A DNA stretch of 64,000 bases from Planctomycetales bacterium (GTDB taxonomy: Bacteria > 4484-113), in assembly GCA_037441675.1 (NCBI GenBank), contig JBBIRS010000002.1:105110-169109 (forward strand), read 5' to 3'. Shown here piece by piece: positions 9,602 to 20,028 of the stretch. Position numbers and translations under genes: made by a program. The notes beneath the pieces are model-generated. The model worked only from the letters and a program-made list of their open reading frames with translations. It searched no databases and was not told where the DNA came from. Position 1 is the stretch's first letter, and each line of letters starts with the position of its first letter.

Positions 9602-10207
9602 CTAATCATCTCTTTTTAACTCACGACGGAATTTTATTGCTTCAGCTAACGTCACCTCATCCGCAAAATCAAGGTCAGCACCGGTTGGAAGACCGCGAGC
9701 GGGGCGCGTAAACTTTATGTTGAGAGACTTAAACTCCTCTGCTATCAGTGCGGAGGATGCCTCTCCCTCGAACGAAAAATCAAAACCCAGTAACACTTCT
9801 TTCACCTTGCCCTTCATAAGCCTTTCTCTAAGTTCTGCGCCACGAAGAGTATTCAAAAGTTTTCCTTTCAACGGATCAATGAGTCCACCAAGAACAAAGT
9901 ACAGTCCACGGTACTCTCCCGTAGCTTCCAAAGGATAAATGTCTAAAGGATTTTCCACTACACAAAGTTGTTTTGTATCTCTAGTTTTATCGGAACAAAT
10001 AGAGCATAGCCCCCCGGAACTAAAACCGAAGCATTGGGGACACTTCGCCACAGCATCCTTCAACCCAGCAATCTCCTGTCCTAGCCTTTCAAGGAATTCA
10101 TCATCCTGCTCAAGCAAGTAAAGAGCAATCCTTTCCGCAGATCGAGGACCTAATCCCGGAAGAGCGCTAAGATCGCTTATCAGCCTTTTTAATCCATCGG
10201 GAAGCAT
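9602..10207 (-). CDS. recR: Recombination protein RecR
   Basis: 201 aa. HhH N-terminus, Cys4 zinc finger CPQCFGFSSGGLCSIC, Toprim domain. Confidence 0.95.
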   Translation of the reverse strand: MLPDGLKRLISDLSALPGLGPRSAERIALYLLEQDDEFLERLGQEIAGLKDAVAKCPQCFGFSSGGLCSICSDKTRDTKQLCVVENPLDIYPLEATGEYRGLYFVLGGLIDPLKGKLLNTLRGAELRERLMKGKVKEVLLGFDFSFEGEASSALIAEEFKSLNIKFTRPARGLPTGADLDFADEVTLAEAIKFRRELKRDD

Positions 10208-10315
10208 CTTTTTAGGATTATTTTAGTTCTAAAGCAAAATAGCAAAATGGGAAAAATAGGAATTGAGATTACCATGTAATCCAATTCGCAAACGAAAGGG
10301 TAATATGAAATTCAT

Positions 10316-10834
10316 TTATATTTCCTTTTCCCATTCAGCAAGCTCAACTTCACCTTCCGCCTCAATTGGGGCTGAGAGCATATCTTTCTTCTCAGTGCTT
10401 ACTTCTGCCTCGCCCTTTAGTGCAGAATCTAGGGCATGCCATGCACACACGGCACATTTAACTCTAGCATGTAGTTTCTTAACTCCCTCCAATGCAATCA
10501 GCTCTCCAAGAACCTTAATGTCTGGCTGATAATCTTTTTCAAGCAACATCTCCCTGAAACTATCCTTAAGCTTTAGGGCTTCCTGGCAAGTCTTTCCCTT
10601 TATCATCTGAGTCATAATACTTGCGGAAGCTTGACTTATCGCGCAACCATTCCCTGCAAATTTAACATCTACTATTTTTTCATCTTCTACTTTTAGCCAT
10701 AAGAAGACCTTATCCCCACAAAGAGGATTATCACATCTGCTCATATGCGTTGCGTCATCAAGCTCGCCCTTATTGCGAGGTTTTCTGTAGTGGTCTAGGA
10801 TAACCTGAGTATATATATCACGTAGTAGAGACAT
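10316..10834 (-). CDS. sufU: SufU-type Fe-S cluster assembly scaffold/sulfur acceptor
   Basis: NifU_N/IscU fold with CGDKV, GNGCAISQASAS and RVKCAVCAW motifs. Has an acidic C-terminal extension. Overlaps sufS. Confidence 0.85.
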   Translation of the reverse strand: MSLLRDIYTQVILDHYRKPRNKGELDDATHMSRCDNPLCGDKVFLWLKVEDEKIVDVKFAGNGCAISQASASIMTQMIKGKTCQEALKLKDSFREMLLEKDYQPDIKVLGELIALEGVKKLHARVKCAVCAWHALDSALKGEAEVSTEKKDMLSAPIEAEGEVELAEWEKEI

Positions 10835-12086
10835 AACCGAAAACTCTACGCGCCACCATCAAGGCATCTATCAGGGCATCTATTTCGTACTCTTGATTGT
10901 AGAGGTAAAAGCTAACCCGCACAGAAGAGGAAATACCAAGATAATCGTGAAGGGGCTCAGCGCAATGATGTCCCGCTCTTACCGCCACACCCTCTCTGTC
11001 AAGAATTGTTGAAATATCGTGTGGATGAATACCCTCAATGGAAAAGCTAATGATACCACCACGCTTATCCGGAGGTGGGCCATAAATCCTTAGCCCTGGA
11101 ACTGTCTTCAATCTCTCAAAACAGTAGTGAAGAAGCTCTTGCTCCCTTCGGTGAAGTTTTTCCATAGAAAACGCCCGTAAGTAATCAATGGCAGCTGATA
11201 GTCCTATCGCCCCACCTATGTTAGGAGTACCACCCTCAAACTTTTGTGCCGGTTCTGCCCAGGTGCTCTCATAGAGCCCAACAGACCTAATCATTGACCC
11301 ACCAAAGTTAAACGGAGGCATTTCATCAAGGTGCTTTGCCTTTCCATATAACACACCTATTCCAGTTGGACCAAGCATTTTGTAACCGCTGAAAGCATAA
11401 AAGTCCACATCCAAGCCCTTTACATCAACACCAAGGTGAGCAGCCCCTTGAGCGCCATCAACAACTACAATTGCACCGTTATCATGGCCTAATTTAACCA
11501 CTTCCTCCAATGGAACTATCGTTCCAATAACATTGCTCATATGGGTAATGGTGATAAGCTTCACCCTTCCGCTTTTTAGCTTCTTTTCTATATCCTCCAA
11601 ATCAACCAAACCATCATTAGTTAGATAAATGTATACAAGTTTGGCTCCAACCTCTTTTGCAATTTGCTGCCACGGCACTAGGTTTGAGTGATGTTCCATA
11701 ATGGATAGAAGCACTTCATCCCTTGGAGCTAAAAACTTTCTCGCCCACGTATAGGCAATAAGGTTTATGCTCTCCGTGGAGTTTTTAGTGAATATTACAT
11801 TTGAAGGATGAGGCGCATTTATAAAAGATGCAACATTCTTCCGCGCATTCTCATACGCATCTGTGGCTTCCTCGCTCAAGTAATGGATTCCCCGATGAAC
11901 ATTAGCATTAAAGTTGTAGTAGAACTTCACCATCGCCTCTACTACCTGCTTTGGCATTTGAGTCATAGCTGCATTATCAAGATAAACCAGTGGCTTCCCG
12001 TAAACTTGCCTTTGCAAAAGCGGGCAGTCTTCAGCTACTAATTTGAACTCCCTCGGTATGAACTTGTAATTTGAACCCTTATTCAT
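10818..12086 (-). CDS. sufS: Cysteine desulfurase SufS
   Basis: 422 aa. PLP-lysine region FSGYKMLGPTGIG and catalytic Cys loop RAGHHCAEPL. Confidence 0.93.
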   Translation of the reverse strand: MNKGSNYKFIPREFKLVAEDCPLLQRQVYGKPLVYLDNAAMTQMPKQVVEAMVKFYYNFNANVHRGIHYLSEEATDAYENARKNVASFINAPHPSNVIFTKNSTESINLIAYTWARKFLAPRDEVLLSIMEHHSNLVPWQQIAKEVGAKLVYIYLTNDGLVDLEDIEKKLKSGRVKLITITHMSNVIGTIVPLEEVVKLGHDNGAIVVVDGAQGAAHLGVDVKGLDVDFYAFSGYKMLGPTGIGVLYGKAKHLDEMPPFNFGGSMIRSVGLYESTWAEPAQKFEGGTPNIGGAIGLSAAIDYLRAFSMEKLHRREQELLHYCFERLKTVPGLRIYGPPPDKRGGIISFSIEGIHPHDISTILDREGVAVRAGHHCAEPLHDYLGISSSVRVSFYLYNQEYEIDALIDALMVARRVFGYVSTT

Positions 12087-12129
12087 TTATTTGACGCCTC
12101 AATAATCTAACCAGTGAATTTTACGCTTC

Positions 12130-12441
12130 CTAATCAATTATTACAAAAATGTTTCCGTTTCGGATAATAGTGCGGTAAGTTTTTACTGGGAATATCGCGG
12201 GTAGGCAGAGGTTTTTACCGTTCCTAATGTCAAACTTTGCTCCATGGGCGGAGCACTGAATCACATATTCCTCGACCATTGAACCAAAAGAAAGTGGAAC
12301 CTCCATATGCGAACATACATCCTCAAGCGCGAAAACTTCATCTCCCCTCCGAACTAACACTAACGCCAAGCCATTGCCTTCCCAGCCTTTTATCTTTCCA
12401 TCCTCAAACTCTTCTAGAGCACCAATTTCAATTTCAGACAT
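12130..12441 (-). CDS. Rieske [2Fe-2S] ferredoxin-like protein
   Basis: CSH...(x18)...CSAHG Rieske ligand motifs; 103 aa; embedded in the SUF operon. Confidence 0.85.
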   Translation of the reverse strand: MSEIEIGALEEFEDGKIKGWEGNGLALVLVRRGDEVFALEDVCSHMEVPLSFGSMVEEYVIQCSAHGAKFDIRNGKNLCLPAIFPVKTYRTIIRNGNIFVIID

Positions 12442-13799
12442 CAGCTAATTCCTCCACGCACCTTATCCTCTAGGACTCTCTCCGCATAATCCCTAATGCT
12501 TTCAACCGTAATTTTACTAGTCATCTCCTCTAGGAAGCTAGAAACAAGCAAATGCTTTGCCACACTTTCACGTAATCCGCGCGAACGAAGATAAAATACT
12601 TCATTTGGTAGGACGTACTTGACCGTAGCTCCATGGGTGCAACGCACATCATCGGTGTTAATCTCAAGCCGAGGGATTGAATTTACCTTCGCATCTTTTG
12701 AAAGTATCAAATTATGGTTCTCCTGGTAAGCATCCGTTCCGGGGGCGCCAGGAGGCACGTAAATGAGACCATCAAAAACCCCTTTGGACTGATGGGTGAA
12801 AACCTGCTTGAAACGCAGGCGTGTAGTTGCCCTCGCCGATGCATGCTTCTGTAAAGTATGAATCGCAAAGTGCTGGTTACCACTTCCAAGGGTTAGTCCG
12901 AAAAGCTGAGCGGTTGCGCCCTTCCCCAAAACCTCAGCATTGAGCTCATTTCTAACTACTCTACCTCCAAAATTTATCACGTTGATAATTAGTGATGCAT
13001 CCTGATACACGCGACCCCGAAGGCGCCATAAAATACTCGATGTTTCATCTGCCATCTGAAATACCGTCAGTTTCATATGGGCATTTGGCAACACGTCAAC
13101 CGTTACCCATCCGAAGTAGTATGCATCATCACTTCCACCATCTATCCAGAAAATACAATCAGATTCAGAGCCCTCCTCCAGTTGAAGAAAGCTTCTGCCA
13201 ACCTTAACCTGACCTGCTGGAATCGGAGAATGTATGCCAACTGGAGAAGATACCTTTATGTTTTTTGAGGCCTTGAAAACAACTCCATCAGTGAAAAGGG
13301 AATTGATCAAGTGATCAAACTTATCTTTTGGACGGGGATCAGAAAATATGCTTTCCGCAAAGGCATCTTCTGTGGAAATAGCGTCACAAATGAGCCTTAA
13401 ATCAATTCCTTTCGGCATATTAGCGACAGAGTGATCTTCCTTGCAGCTACACATTAAGTCAGAAATTACAGGAATTGAACTTGTTAGAATTGATGGTATT
13501 AGCACCGACTCATTGGCATCATAGATAGTGTGAAGTTTGTTTCTCATAGCATCGCTGAGGAAGAGCTCACCTGGGGTGAATCGCCAAGCTTCATCCATCA
13601 TTGAAGGAATAGAACTAGCCTTATACCTTTCCCAAGCTTCACGCCTAAGCTGAAGAATCCCCATTGATTCACCAAGTCCAGTTGTGACAAGCTGACCGTT
13701 AGTTTCAATTGCACCAAGTTCAAGTTTTGGAACTTTATCTGTTTTCACCAAGTCCACTCCACCAAGTAGGTTATCAACCAACAGAACCTTCCATCTCAA
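12441..13799 (-). CDS. sufD: Fe-S cluster assembly protein SufD
   Basis: SufB/D-family C-terminal beta-helix ([15 protein letters not shown]). Lies between sufB and the Rieske gene. The N-terminal start may be later than the track start. Confidence 0.85.
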   Translation of the reverse strand: MRWKVLLVDNLLGGVDLVKTDKVPKLELGAIETNGQLVTTGLGESMGILQLRREAWERYKASSIPSMMDEAWRFTPGELFLSDAMRNKLHTIYDANESVLIPSILTSSIPVISDLMCSCKEDHSVANMPKGIDLRLICDAISTEDAFAESIFSDPRPKDKFDHLINSLFTDGVVFKASKNIKVSSPVGIHSPIPAGQVKVGRSFLQLEEGSESDCIFWIDGGSDDAYYFGWVTVDVLPNAHMKLTVFQMADETSSILWRLRGRVYQDASLIINVINFGGRVVRNELNAEVLGKGATAQLFGLTLGSGNQHFAIHTLQKHASARATTRLRFKQVFTHQSKGVFDGLIYVPPGAPGTDAYQENHNLILSKDAKVNSIPRLEINTDDVRCTHGATVKYVLPNEVFYLRSRGLRESVAKHLLVSSFLEEMTSKITVESIRDYAERVLEDKVRGGIS

Positions 13800-15186
13800 G
13801 CTGAATTAGCCTGTTAAGCTCAACCGCATACTCAAGAGGTAGCTCCTTCGTAATAGGCTCAATAAAGCCTGAAATAATCATTGCAATAGCTTCCTCTTTG
13901 GGAAGCCCTCTGCTCATGAGGTAAAATATCTGCTCGTCATTAAGGCGACTAACGCGCGCCTCGTGCCCAATCTGAGCATACTCCTCTTCAACCTGAATAT
14001 AGGGGTAAGTGTCAGTTCTAGCATCAGGAGAAAGAAGAAGAGCATCGCATTCAACATTGCACTTAATACTGCTTGCACCGGGATATGCTTTAACTAACCC
14101 GCGATAAGTAGCCCTTCCTGAACCCAAAGAGATGGATTTAGAAGTAATCCTTCCCTTAGTGTCAGGAGCGGCGTGAACAATCTTGGCGCCGGCATCCTGA
14201 TGCTGTCCATTACCAGCGAAAGCGATGGATAAGACTTCCCCTCTAGCGCCGCGACCAACCATATATACCGCTGGATATTTCATAGTAACTTTACTCCCAA
14301 GGTTTCCATCCACCCACTCCATCACAGCATCTTCATGGGCAATAGCACGTTTTGTGACGAGATTGTAAACGTCTGTACTCCAGTTCTGAATAGTCGTGTA
14401 ACGAACACGCGCATTCTTCTTCACTATAATCTCAACCACAGCGGAGTGAAGGGCGTCTGTAGTGTATATTGGGGCGGTGCAACCTTCCACATACTGGACA
14501 AAACTCCCTTCGTCCGCGATTATTAAAGTTCTTTCAAACTGACCTGCGTGTTTAGAATTTATCCTGAAGTAAGCCTGAAGGGGGATTTCAACGTGCACGC
14601 CCGGGGGAACATAGATGAAACTACCTCCACTCCAAACTGCGGAATTTAGGGCTGCGAATTTGTTATCTTCTATTGGGATTACCGTTCCAAAGTATTCCTT
14701 AAAAATGTCAGGATGATGTTTAAGTGCCTCATCAGTGGTCATAAAAATTACACCCTGTCTTTCTAGGTCAGTTTTGATGCTTGAGTAAACAACTTCAGAA
14801 TCATACTGAGCTTCAACACCGGCTAAGAACTTTCGCTCAGCTTCTGGTATTCCCAACTTCTCAAAAGTGTTTCGTATCTTTTCTGGAACATCATCCCAAC
14901 TTCTTGAGCGCTCAGCCTTGGGTTTCAAGTAGTAGTAAATCTCATCAAAATTCAGTGCAGAAAGGTCAGCCCCCCAGGTCGGCAAAGGCTTCTTCCAGAA
15001 TACTTCAAGAGCCTTAAGTCTAAACTTTCTCATCCAATCAGGTTCACCCTTAATATCCGAAATCATATTCACGACCTCGCTATCCAAGCCCTTCTTAGGC
15101 TTGAACTCGTATTCAACCTCATCAAAAAAACCGTATCTATATTCCGCCTTTGCCTTGGCAAGCTCATTCACGTTAACGTTTTCCAC
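13774..15186 (-). CDS. sufB: Fe-S cluster assembly protein SufB
   Basis: 470 aa, typical SufB sequence ([55 protein letters not shown]). Confidence 0.95.
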   Translation of the reverse strand: MENVNVNELAKAKAEYRYGFFDEVEYEFKPKKGLDSEVVNMISDIKGEPDWMRKFRLKALEVFWKKPLPTWGADLSALNFDEIYYYLKPKAERSRSWDDVPEKIRNTFEKLGIPEAERKFLAGVEAQYDSEVVYSSIKTDLERQGVIFMTTDEALKHHPDIFKEYFGTVIPIEDNKFAALNSAVWSGGSFIYVPPGVHVEIPLQAYFRINSKHAGQFERTLIIADEGSFVQYVEGCTAPIYTTDALHSAVVEIIVKKNARVRYTTIQNWSTDVYNLVTKRAIAHEDAVMEWVDGNLGSKVTMKYPAVYMVGRGARGEVLSIAFAGNGQHQDAGAKIVHAAPDTKGRITSKSISLGSGRATYRGLVKAYPGASSIKCNVECDALLLSPDARTDTYPYIQVEEEYAQIGHEARVSRLNDEQIFYLMSRGLPKEEAIAMIISGFIEPITKELPLEYAVELNRLIQLEMEGSVG

Positions 15187-15225
15187 CTTACTTTTCCTCC
15201 TTAAAAGATAATGCTAACTAAGACA

Positions 15226-15969
15226 CTAAGTTACCTCCACCTTAAGCTTCACCCACTCGTAACCCTTTTCTTCAAGCTCCACTGCGACCTCGGGACCGCC
15301 TTCCATAACGATTCTGCCATCAAGCATTACATGAACGGTATCCGGAACAACATAGTTCAGTATCCGCTGATAGTGTGTAATCAATAGCATCCCTCTTTCC
15401 GGGCTTCTTAGTTCATTGATATTTTCAGCAACAATTTTCAGAGCATCAATATCAAGACCACTGTCCGGTTCGTCTAGAATCGTCAACTTCGGCTGAAATA
15501 CCGCCATCTGTAAGGTTTCACTCCTCTTCTTTTCTCCGCCTGAAAATCCCTCATGAAGGGGACGCAACACAAAATCTTCTGGCAGTTTCAGTTTCTTCAG
15601 GGTTTCTTGAAGAAGCCCATAGTATTCAAGAACAGGAACCTCCTCGCCACGTATCTCGTTCATTGCAGTGCGGATAAAATTTGCTATCGTAACGCCTGAA
15701 ATTTCCGGTGGATATTGAAATGCCATAAACATGCCCATGCGCGCCCGCTCATCTGGTGTTAGAGTTAAAACGTCTTCGCCAAGAAACTTGATTGAACCCT
15801 CAGTGACTATGAGGGCTGGGTCACCTGCTAAAACCTTTGCAAGAGTGCTTTTGCCACTGCCGTTTGGCCCCATCAGCGCGTGAACCTCGCCCGCCCTAAC
15901 AGTTAGTGTTATCCCTTTCAAAATCTCAACATCCTCAGTTCCTGCATGAAGATTGGTAATCTCTAACAT
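15226..15969 (-). CDS. sufC: Fe-S cluster assembly ATPase SufC
   Basis: ABC ATPase with Walker A GPNGSGKST, signature FSGGEKKR and Walker B ILDEPDSGLD; 247 aa. Confidence 0.95.
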   Translation of the reverse strand: MLEITNLHAGTEDVEILKGITLTVRAGEVHALMGPNGSGKSTLAKVLAGDPALIVTEGSIKFLGEDVLTLTPDERARMGMFMAFQYPPEISGVTIANFIRTAMNEIRGEEVPVLEYYGLLQETLKKLKLPEDFVLRPLHEGFSGGEKKRSETLQMAVFQPKLTILDEPDSGLDIDALKIVAENINELRSPERGMLLITHYQRILNYVVPDTVHVMLDGRIVMEGGPEVAVELEEKGYEWVKLKVEVT

Positions 15970-16530
15970 CTATGAAAGTTCCTCCTTTGATAAACCAAGC
16001 TCGTGAGAATCTATGTGATTTAACTGCCACGCATAGAAAAGAAGTGGGTCAAAGGGTTTCTCCGAGACGTGCTCACAGGCGGTACAGACATCTTCCGCCG
16101 GTCTATCCGGACACACTTTACAAGCTTCAATGTGGGCTAGGAAAGCGCTCAACTTTCTCTCAACTTCCTTCAACCCTCTAATCTTTGCTTGAATTTCTTC
16201 ACGCCTCCCAGCAAGATAAATGCTAAGTAAGCTGTACCTCTCCCAACCGCTCTTAGCGGCAACCCAGAATTTCATCACCTTTGAGATTTCCTTGAGAGTG
16301 AAACCAGCCTCCATCAGCTCACGAATCATCCTAATTGATTCGACAACTTCACTAGAGTAAAGCCTGAACTTACCATCAGACCTGGAAGATGGCTGAATTA
16401 AGCCTAACTCTTCGTAATACCTAAGAGTCCGAGCAGTAGTTTTCGTAAGCTCTGCTATCTCTCCAATTTTGAGTAGAACGCCTTCGCCCTTTCGCACGCT
16501 TTTCAGTTTGTTCCTTGGCTTAATTGCCAT
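15970..16530 (-). CDS. MerR-family transcriptional regulator with C-terminal CxxC-x8-CxxC motif
   Basis: HTH IGEIAELTKTTARTLRYYEELGLI, then a coiled-coil, then C137-x2-C140-x8-C149-x2-C152. Its TAG stop directly abuts the sufC ATG. Confidence 0.8.
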   Translation of the reverse strand: MAIKPRNKLKSVRKGEGVLLKIGEIAELTKTTARTLRYYEELGLIQPSSRSDGKFRLYSSEVVESIRMIRELMEAGFTLKEISKVMKFWVAAKSGWERYSLLSIYLAGRREEIQAKIRGLKEVERKLSAFLAHIEACKVCPDRPAEDVCTACEHVSEKPFDPLLFYAWQLNHIDSHELGLSKEELS

Positions 16531-16624
16531 CTTATTTATCCTTCAAGTTTACCCTTGCCTGCTTTAAGATTGTTCTTTTTCAATAAAACTTTAGAACTAC
16601 CGAGCAGTAAAACTGTATCATACT

Positions 16625-16646
16625 TTAACGTTTGCGTCAATGTTAA
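16625..16646. promoter_or_regulatory. Imperfect dyad TTAAC-N12-GTTAA upstream of the MerR-SUF operon
   Basis: ttaacgtttgcgtcaatgttaa lies about 95 nt upstream of the MerR ATG. Candidate operator only. Confidence 0.25.
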
Positions 16647-16752
16647 CTAATACTGTTATCCCATTTTTTTCAATCTTCATTTTGGAATAAGGAAATTTTT
16701 ACGCTTAACCTTTAATATTGAACAAATATTCCTTAATATGCTACTATATATA

Positions 16753-16779
16753 TTAGTAGATTGTATATCAATCTATTAA
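16753..16779. promoter_or_regulatory. 27-bp palindromic operator candidate
   Basis: TTAGTAGATTG-TATAT-CAATCTATTAA with 10/11 matching arms, about 30 nt upstream of the ATG at 16810 and adjacent to AT-rich -10-like sequence. Confidence 0.45.
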
Positions 16780-16809
16780 TATTTTCTATTGAATTAGGAG
16801 GTATCAAAA

Positions 16810-17355
16810 ATGTTTGTTTTTAAGAGATTGAATTTTGGTGGAGGATTGTTGTTAACATTCCTAACGTTAACCGCAGTAAGCATTTTGAGCATAGCGGTTT
16901 CTTCAGCCTTAAATTCACAAGTTGGTCACGAAGCGAGCCTAATGATGAGTGCGGATTCTAGCCATACTTCCCACCATGAATCGACACCATTGGCAAGCGA
17001 TACGGATTCACTGGTAAGCGATTTAATGGCTCTACTACATTCAGCCCACAAGGGAGCGAAGTGTGACATGATGAAGGACGGACAGATGCAATGTGAAATG
17101 ATGGGAAGTCCAGACAACAACAAAGATAATTCCAGCTCACACGCATCCCATCATTCAAGCTCTCCCAAAAATACCGATAACTCTGGGAACTCAATGATGA
17201 TGACAGGCTCCCCTCAGACGCACAAACAGTGCTTTGCGAAGCTTATAGAGATTGCGGAGAATTCGCCAAAAAAGCATGCGGAGATTCGCAAGCATCTTAA
17301 GGAGGCAACAAGGTTGATAGAAGAGCTCTGGAAAGAGCAAGCTGGCATTAGCTAA
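16810..17355 (+). CDS. Secreted or anchored His/Met/Ser-rich protein (possible metal binding)
   Basis: N-terminal hydrophobic segment. Stretches SHTSHHES, MMKDGQMQCEMMG, SSHASHHSSS and SMMMTGS. RBS AGGAGG about 8 nt upstream. Confidence 0.65.
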   Translation: MFVFKRLNFGGGLLLTFLTLTAVSILSIAVSSALNSQVGHEASLMMSADSSHTSHHESTPLASDTDSLVSDLMALLHSAHKGAKCDMMKDGQMQCEMMGSPDNNKDNSSSHASHHSSSPKNTDNSGNSMMMTGSPQTHKQCFAKLIEIAENSPKKHAEIRKHLKEATRLIEELWKEQAGIS

Positions 17356-17386
17356 TACAAAATTCTAGAGTAACAAGACCATTCAA

Positions 17387-17439
17387 AGAATCGGCGGAGA
17401 CTTCTCGGGTATCTTCATCACGAAGAATCCGCCGATTCT
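17387..17439. terminator. 12-bp perfect inverted repeat between convergent genes
   Basis: AGAATCGGCGGA...(29 nt)...TCCGCCGATTCT. The loop is long, so it is not a classical intrinsic terminator. Confidence 0.35.
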
Positions 17440-17583
17440 ACTTAAATTGAAATTCATCCATTTGACAAAGCCAGAATGGAGCTTTAACTTTCGCATAAAC
17501 CTCGTTTGAGTTGCAAAACCTTGAAAATAACTTCCCCCAACCTATCTCTAAACTTTACAGCACGTTCAGAGAGGCTTTTCTTT

Positions 17584-18900
17584 TCAAATGCCTTTAAGTT
17601 TTTGCCAGGCATATCTTTTCCCAAGTTCCACAGCGGGCTCATCAAAAACATTCACATTGAGAAACCTGCCAAGAAGGCTAACACTTACCATCCAAAATAG
17701 GAGAAATTCGCCAATTACCTCACCATAAATACTTGGGAATAGAAGGGAATAGTAGGGTCTTTTACGCTCACGAACCGCACTGAAAGTTCCTGCAAGCTCA
17801 GCTTCCTTTACCTCATCTAAGCTTTTGCCTTTAATGAACTTGAATTCTTCTAGAGCCTTGGGGAAGTATTTTAAGACCTTTGCTTCAAACGCAAGTTCCT
17901 CTGAAGCTACCGAGACGAAACAAGTTACCTTATCTGGTGAACCATCCAGCAAGAGTTGTAACAAACTATGTTGGTCTGCTGGACCCTTTGCCTTTATTGG
18001 AGTAATACCCACACTTGCTTCACTTCCACTGACTACGCTTCTTTTGCCTAAACTTTCAGCGATGAGTTGAACCCACCAATCGCCAAACCCTTCAAGGGCT
18101 TCAGAATAGGTCATTAACACGTGACCAAAAACATTTCTCTTTTCATAAAGAAGGTAGGTTAAAGATGAGAGGCGAAGAGCTGGATTTTCCCAATATTTAT
18201 CGAGAAGAAGACCCGCTCGTGCGTCGTGTGCGCCCTGTAGAATCGCCTCTGCCTCTAATCCAATAAACAAAAGCGGGAAAAAGGATACTGAAGTGAAAAC
18301 GGAGTATCTTCCACCTACATCCTCCGGTATTGGTAGAAGCTCGTAATCATTCTCAAGGGCAAGTTTGTAAAGTGGACCTTTACCAATTGAGGTTGTGATA
18401 ACGACTGATACGTTCTGCGATTTTAATTCTTCAAGAAGAATAGACGCGTGAGCAATAACTTCTAGTGTTGTTCCTGACTTGCTAACAAGGTTTAACACAA
18501 CCCTCTCACCTGTGCTATGGAACAGAGTTTCACGTAGAAGAGCGTTGTCAACGTTATCAAGGATAATTAGCTTCTTTCCACCTCTTTCATACGTGCATCT
18601 GCCGATGGGGTTAGAAAAAGCGGAGAGAACCGCTCGCGTGCCAAGAGTGCTCCCCCCCATACCTACAACCACAAGGACATCGTAATCTATATACCTTTTA
18701 GCAAGTTCCTCGCATAGGGTTAAGTCTCCATATCTTGACTTGGTGTCAAGCCAACCAATTGGGAAGCCCTCCCTGTTTTGTAAGAGTAAAGAGGCGGTCT
18801 GGGGAAATCTACTTAGAAGTCCCTCAATTTCCTGCTGTGTAACACCTCTTTCGCCAATAGATTCTTCTAACAGACCATCAAAAGAGTATGTTATTCCCAT
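17584..18900 (-). CDS. pgi: Glucose-6-phosphate isomerase (short type)
   Basis: 438 aa. SIS-domain motifs VVVGMGGSTLG and GGRYSVFTSV. Confidence 0.9.
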   Translation of the reverse strand: MGITYSFDGLLEESIGERGVTQQEIEGLLSRFPQTASLLLQNREGFPIGWLDTKSRYGDLTLCEELAKRYIDYDVLVVVGMGGSTLGTRAVLSAFSNPIGRCTYERGGKKLIILDNVDNALLRETLFHSTGERVVLNLVSKSGTTLEVIAHASILLEELKSQNVSVVITTSIGKGPLYKLALENDYELLPIPEDVGGRYSVFTSVSFFPLLFIGLEAEAILQGAHDARAGLLLDKYWENPALRLSSLTYLLYEKRNVFGHVLMTYSEALEGFGDWWVQLIAESLGKRSVVSGSEASVGITPIKAKGPADQHSLLQLLLDGSPDKVTCFVSVASEELAFEAKVLKYFPKALEEFKFIKGKSLDEVKEAELAGTFSAVRERKRPYYSLLFPSIYGEVIGEFLLFWMVSVSLLGRFLNVNVFDEPAVELGKRYAWQKLKGI

Positions 18901-18957
18901 ACTTGGACTATACCAAAATAACAGAAGGTTTCCACGGAAAACGAAGAATTATATTGA

Positions 18958-19974
18958 TTAAAGTCCTTTTCTCGCCATATAGGTCATTAAATCAGCGCAT
19001 CTATAAGAATATCCCCATTCATTATCATACCAAGCCAGAACTCTTATAAGAGTACCCTCTATCACTGAAGTGTAAGTAGCATCGATGACTGCACTACAAG
19101 TTTCACCCTTATAGTCCACACTAACAAGAAGCTTGTTATTAACACGAATGATGTTTTTCAACTCGTTTTCGCTAGCCATCACAAAGGCTGAGTTAACTTC
19201 TTCAGCGTTAGTAGCCCTTTCAACCTCACAAACTAGGTCAATTAAGCTCACCGTCGCAGTAGGCACCCTTAAGGCAATTCCATCAAGCTTGCCCTTAAGT
19301 TCCGGGATAATTAAATGGATTGTGCCTGCAGCACCAGTGGTTGTAGGAATTATGGAAACCTCCGCAGCACGAGCGCGCCTTAGGTCTTTATGCGGTTGGT
19401 CCAAAGTGGTTTGATCATTTGTCAATGAATGAACAGTCGTCATAAACCCGCGCTTTACCACGAATTTATCCTGCAACACTTTCACAATCGGAGCTAAGCA
19501 GTTAGTTGTACAGGAAGCGTTACTTACTATAAAATCTGTCTGAGGATCGTACTCCTCGTGGTTTACCCCGAAAACAATGGTTTTTACACCTTCGCCTTTT
19601 GCAGGAGCGGATAGAACAACTCTCTTAGCTCCTGCCTTGAGGTGCTTCTCTGCACCCTCTTTATTTCTGAACTTACCAGAGCTCTCTAAAACTATATCAA
19701 TGCCAAGCTCTGCCCAAGGTAGAGACAACGGATCAGGCTCCTCAAGCGTAATAATTCTCTTTCCCTTAATTAAGAAATCATCTTCTACAACCTGAATCCC
19801 ACCTTGAAAGCGTCCATATGTGGAGTCATATTCAAACAAGTGGGCAAGTGTGAGATTATCACTAATGTCATTTACTGCAACAAGCTCCAAATCATTGAAC
19901 GAATAAGTATGAAGGATTCTTGTAAAAAGTCTGCCGATTCGTCCAAAACCGTTAACCGCAACCCTTACTGGCAT
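18958..19974 (-). CDS. gap: Glyceraldehyde-3-phosphate dehydrogenase
   Basis: NGFGRIGR Rossmann motif, catalytic SNASCTTNCLAP, C-terminal WYDNEWGYS. Confidence 0.95.
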   Translation of the reverse strand: MPVRVAVNGFGRIGRLFTRILHTYSFNDLELVAVNDISDNLTLAHLFEYDSTYGRFQGGIQVVEDDFLIKGKRIITLEEPDPLSLPWAELGIDIVLESSGKFRNKEGAEKHLKAGAKRVVLSAPAKGEGVKTIVFGVNHEEYDPQTDFIVSNASCTTNCLAPIVKVLQDKFVVKRGFMTTVHSLTNDQTTLDQPHKDLRRARAAEVSIIPTTTGAAGTIHLIIPELKGKLDGIALRVPTATVSLIDLVCEVERATNAEEVNSAFVMASENELKNIIRVNNKLLVSVDYKGETCSAVIDATYTSVIEGTLIRVLAWYDNEWGYSYRCADLMTYMARKGL

Positions 19975-20028
19975 AAGGAACGATCCTTCTCACTCCTAAT
20001 ACGTTTATACGTGAAATATATCACAAGA

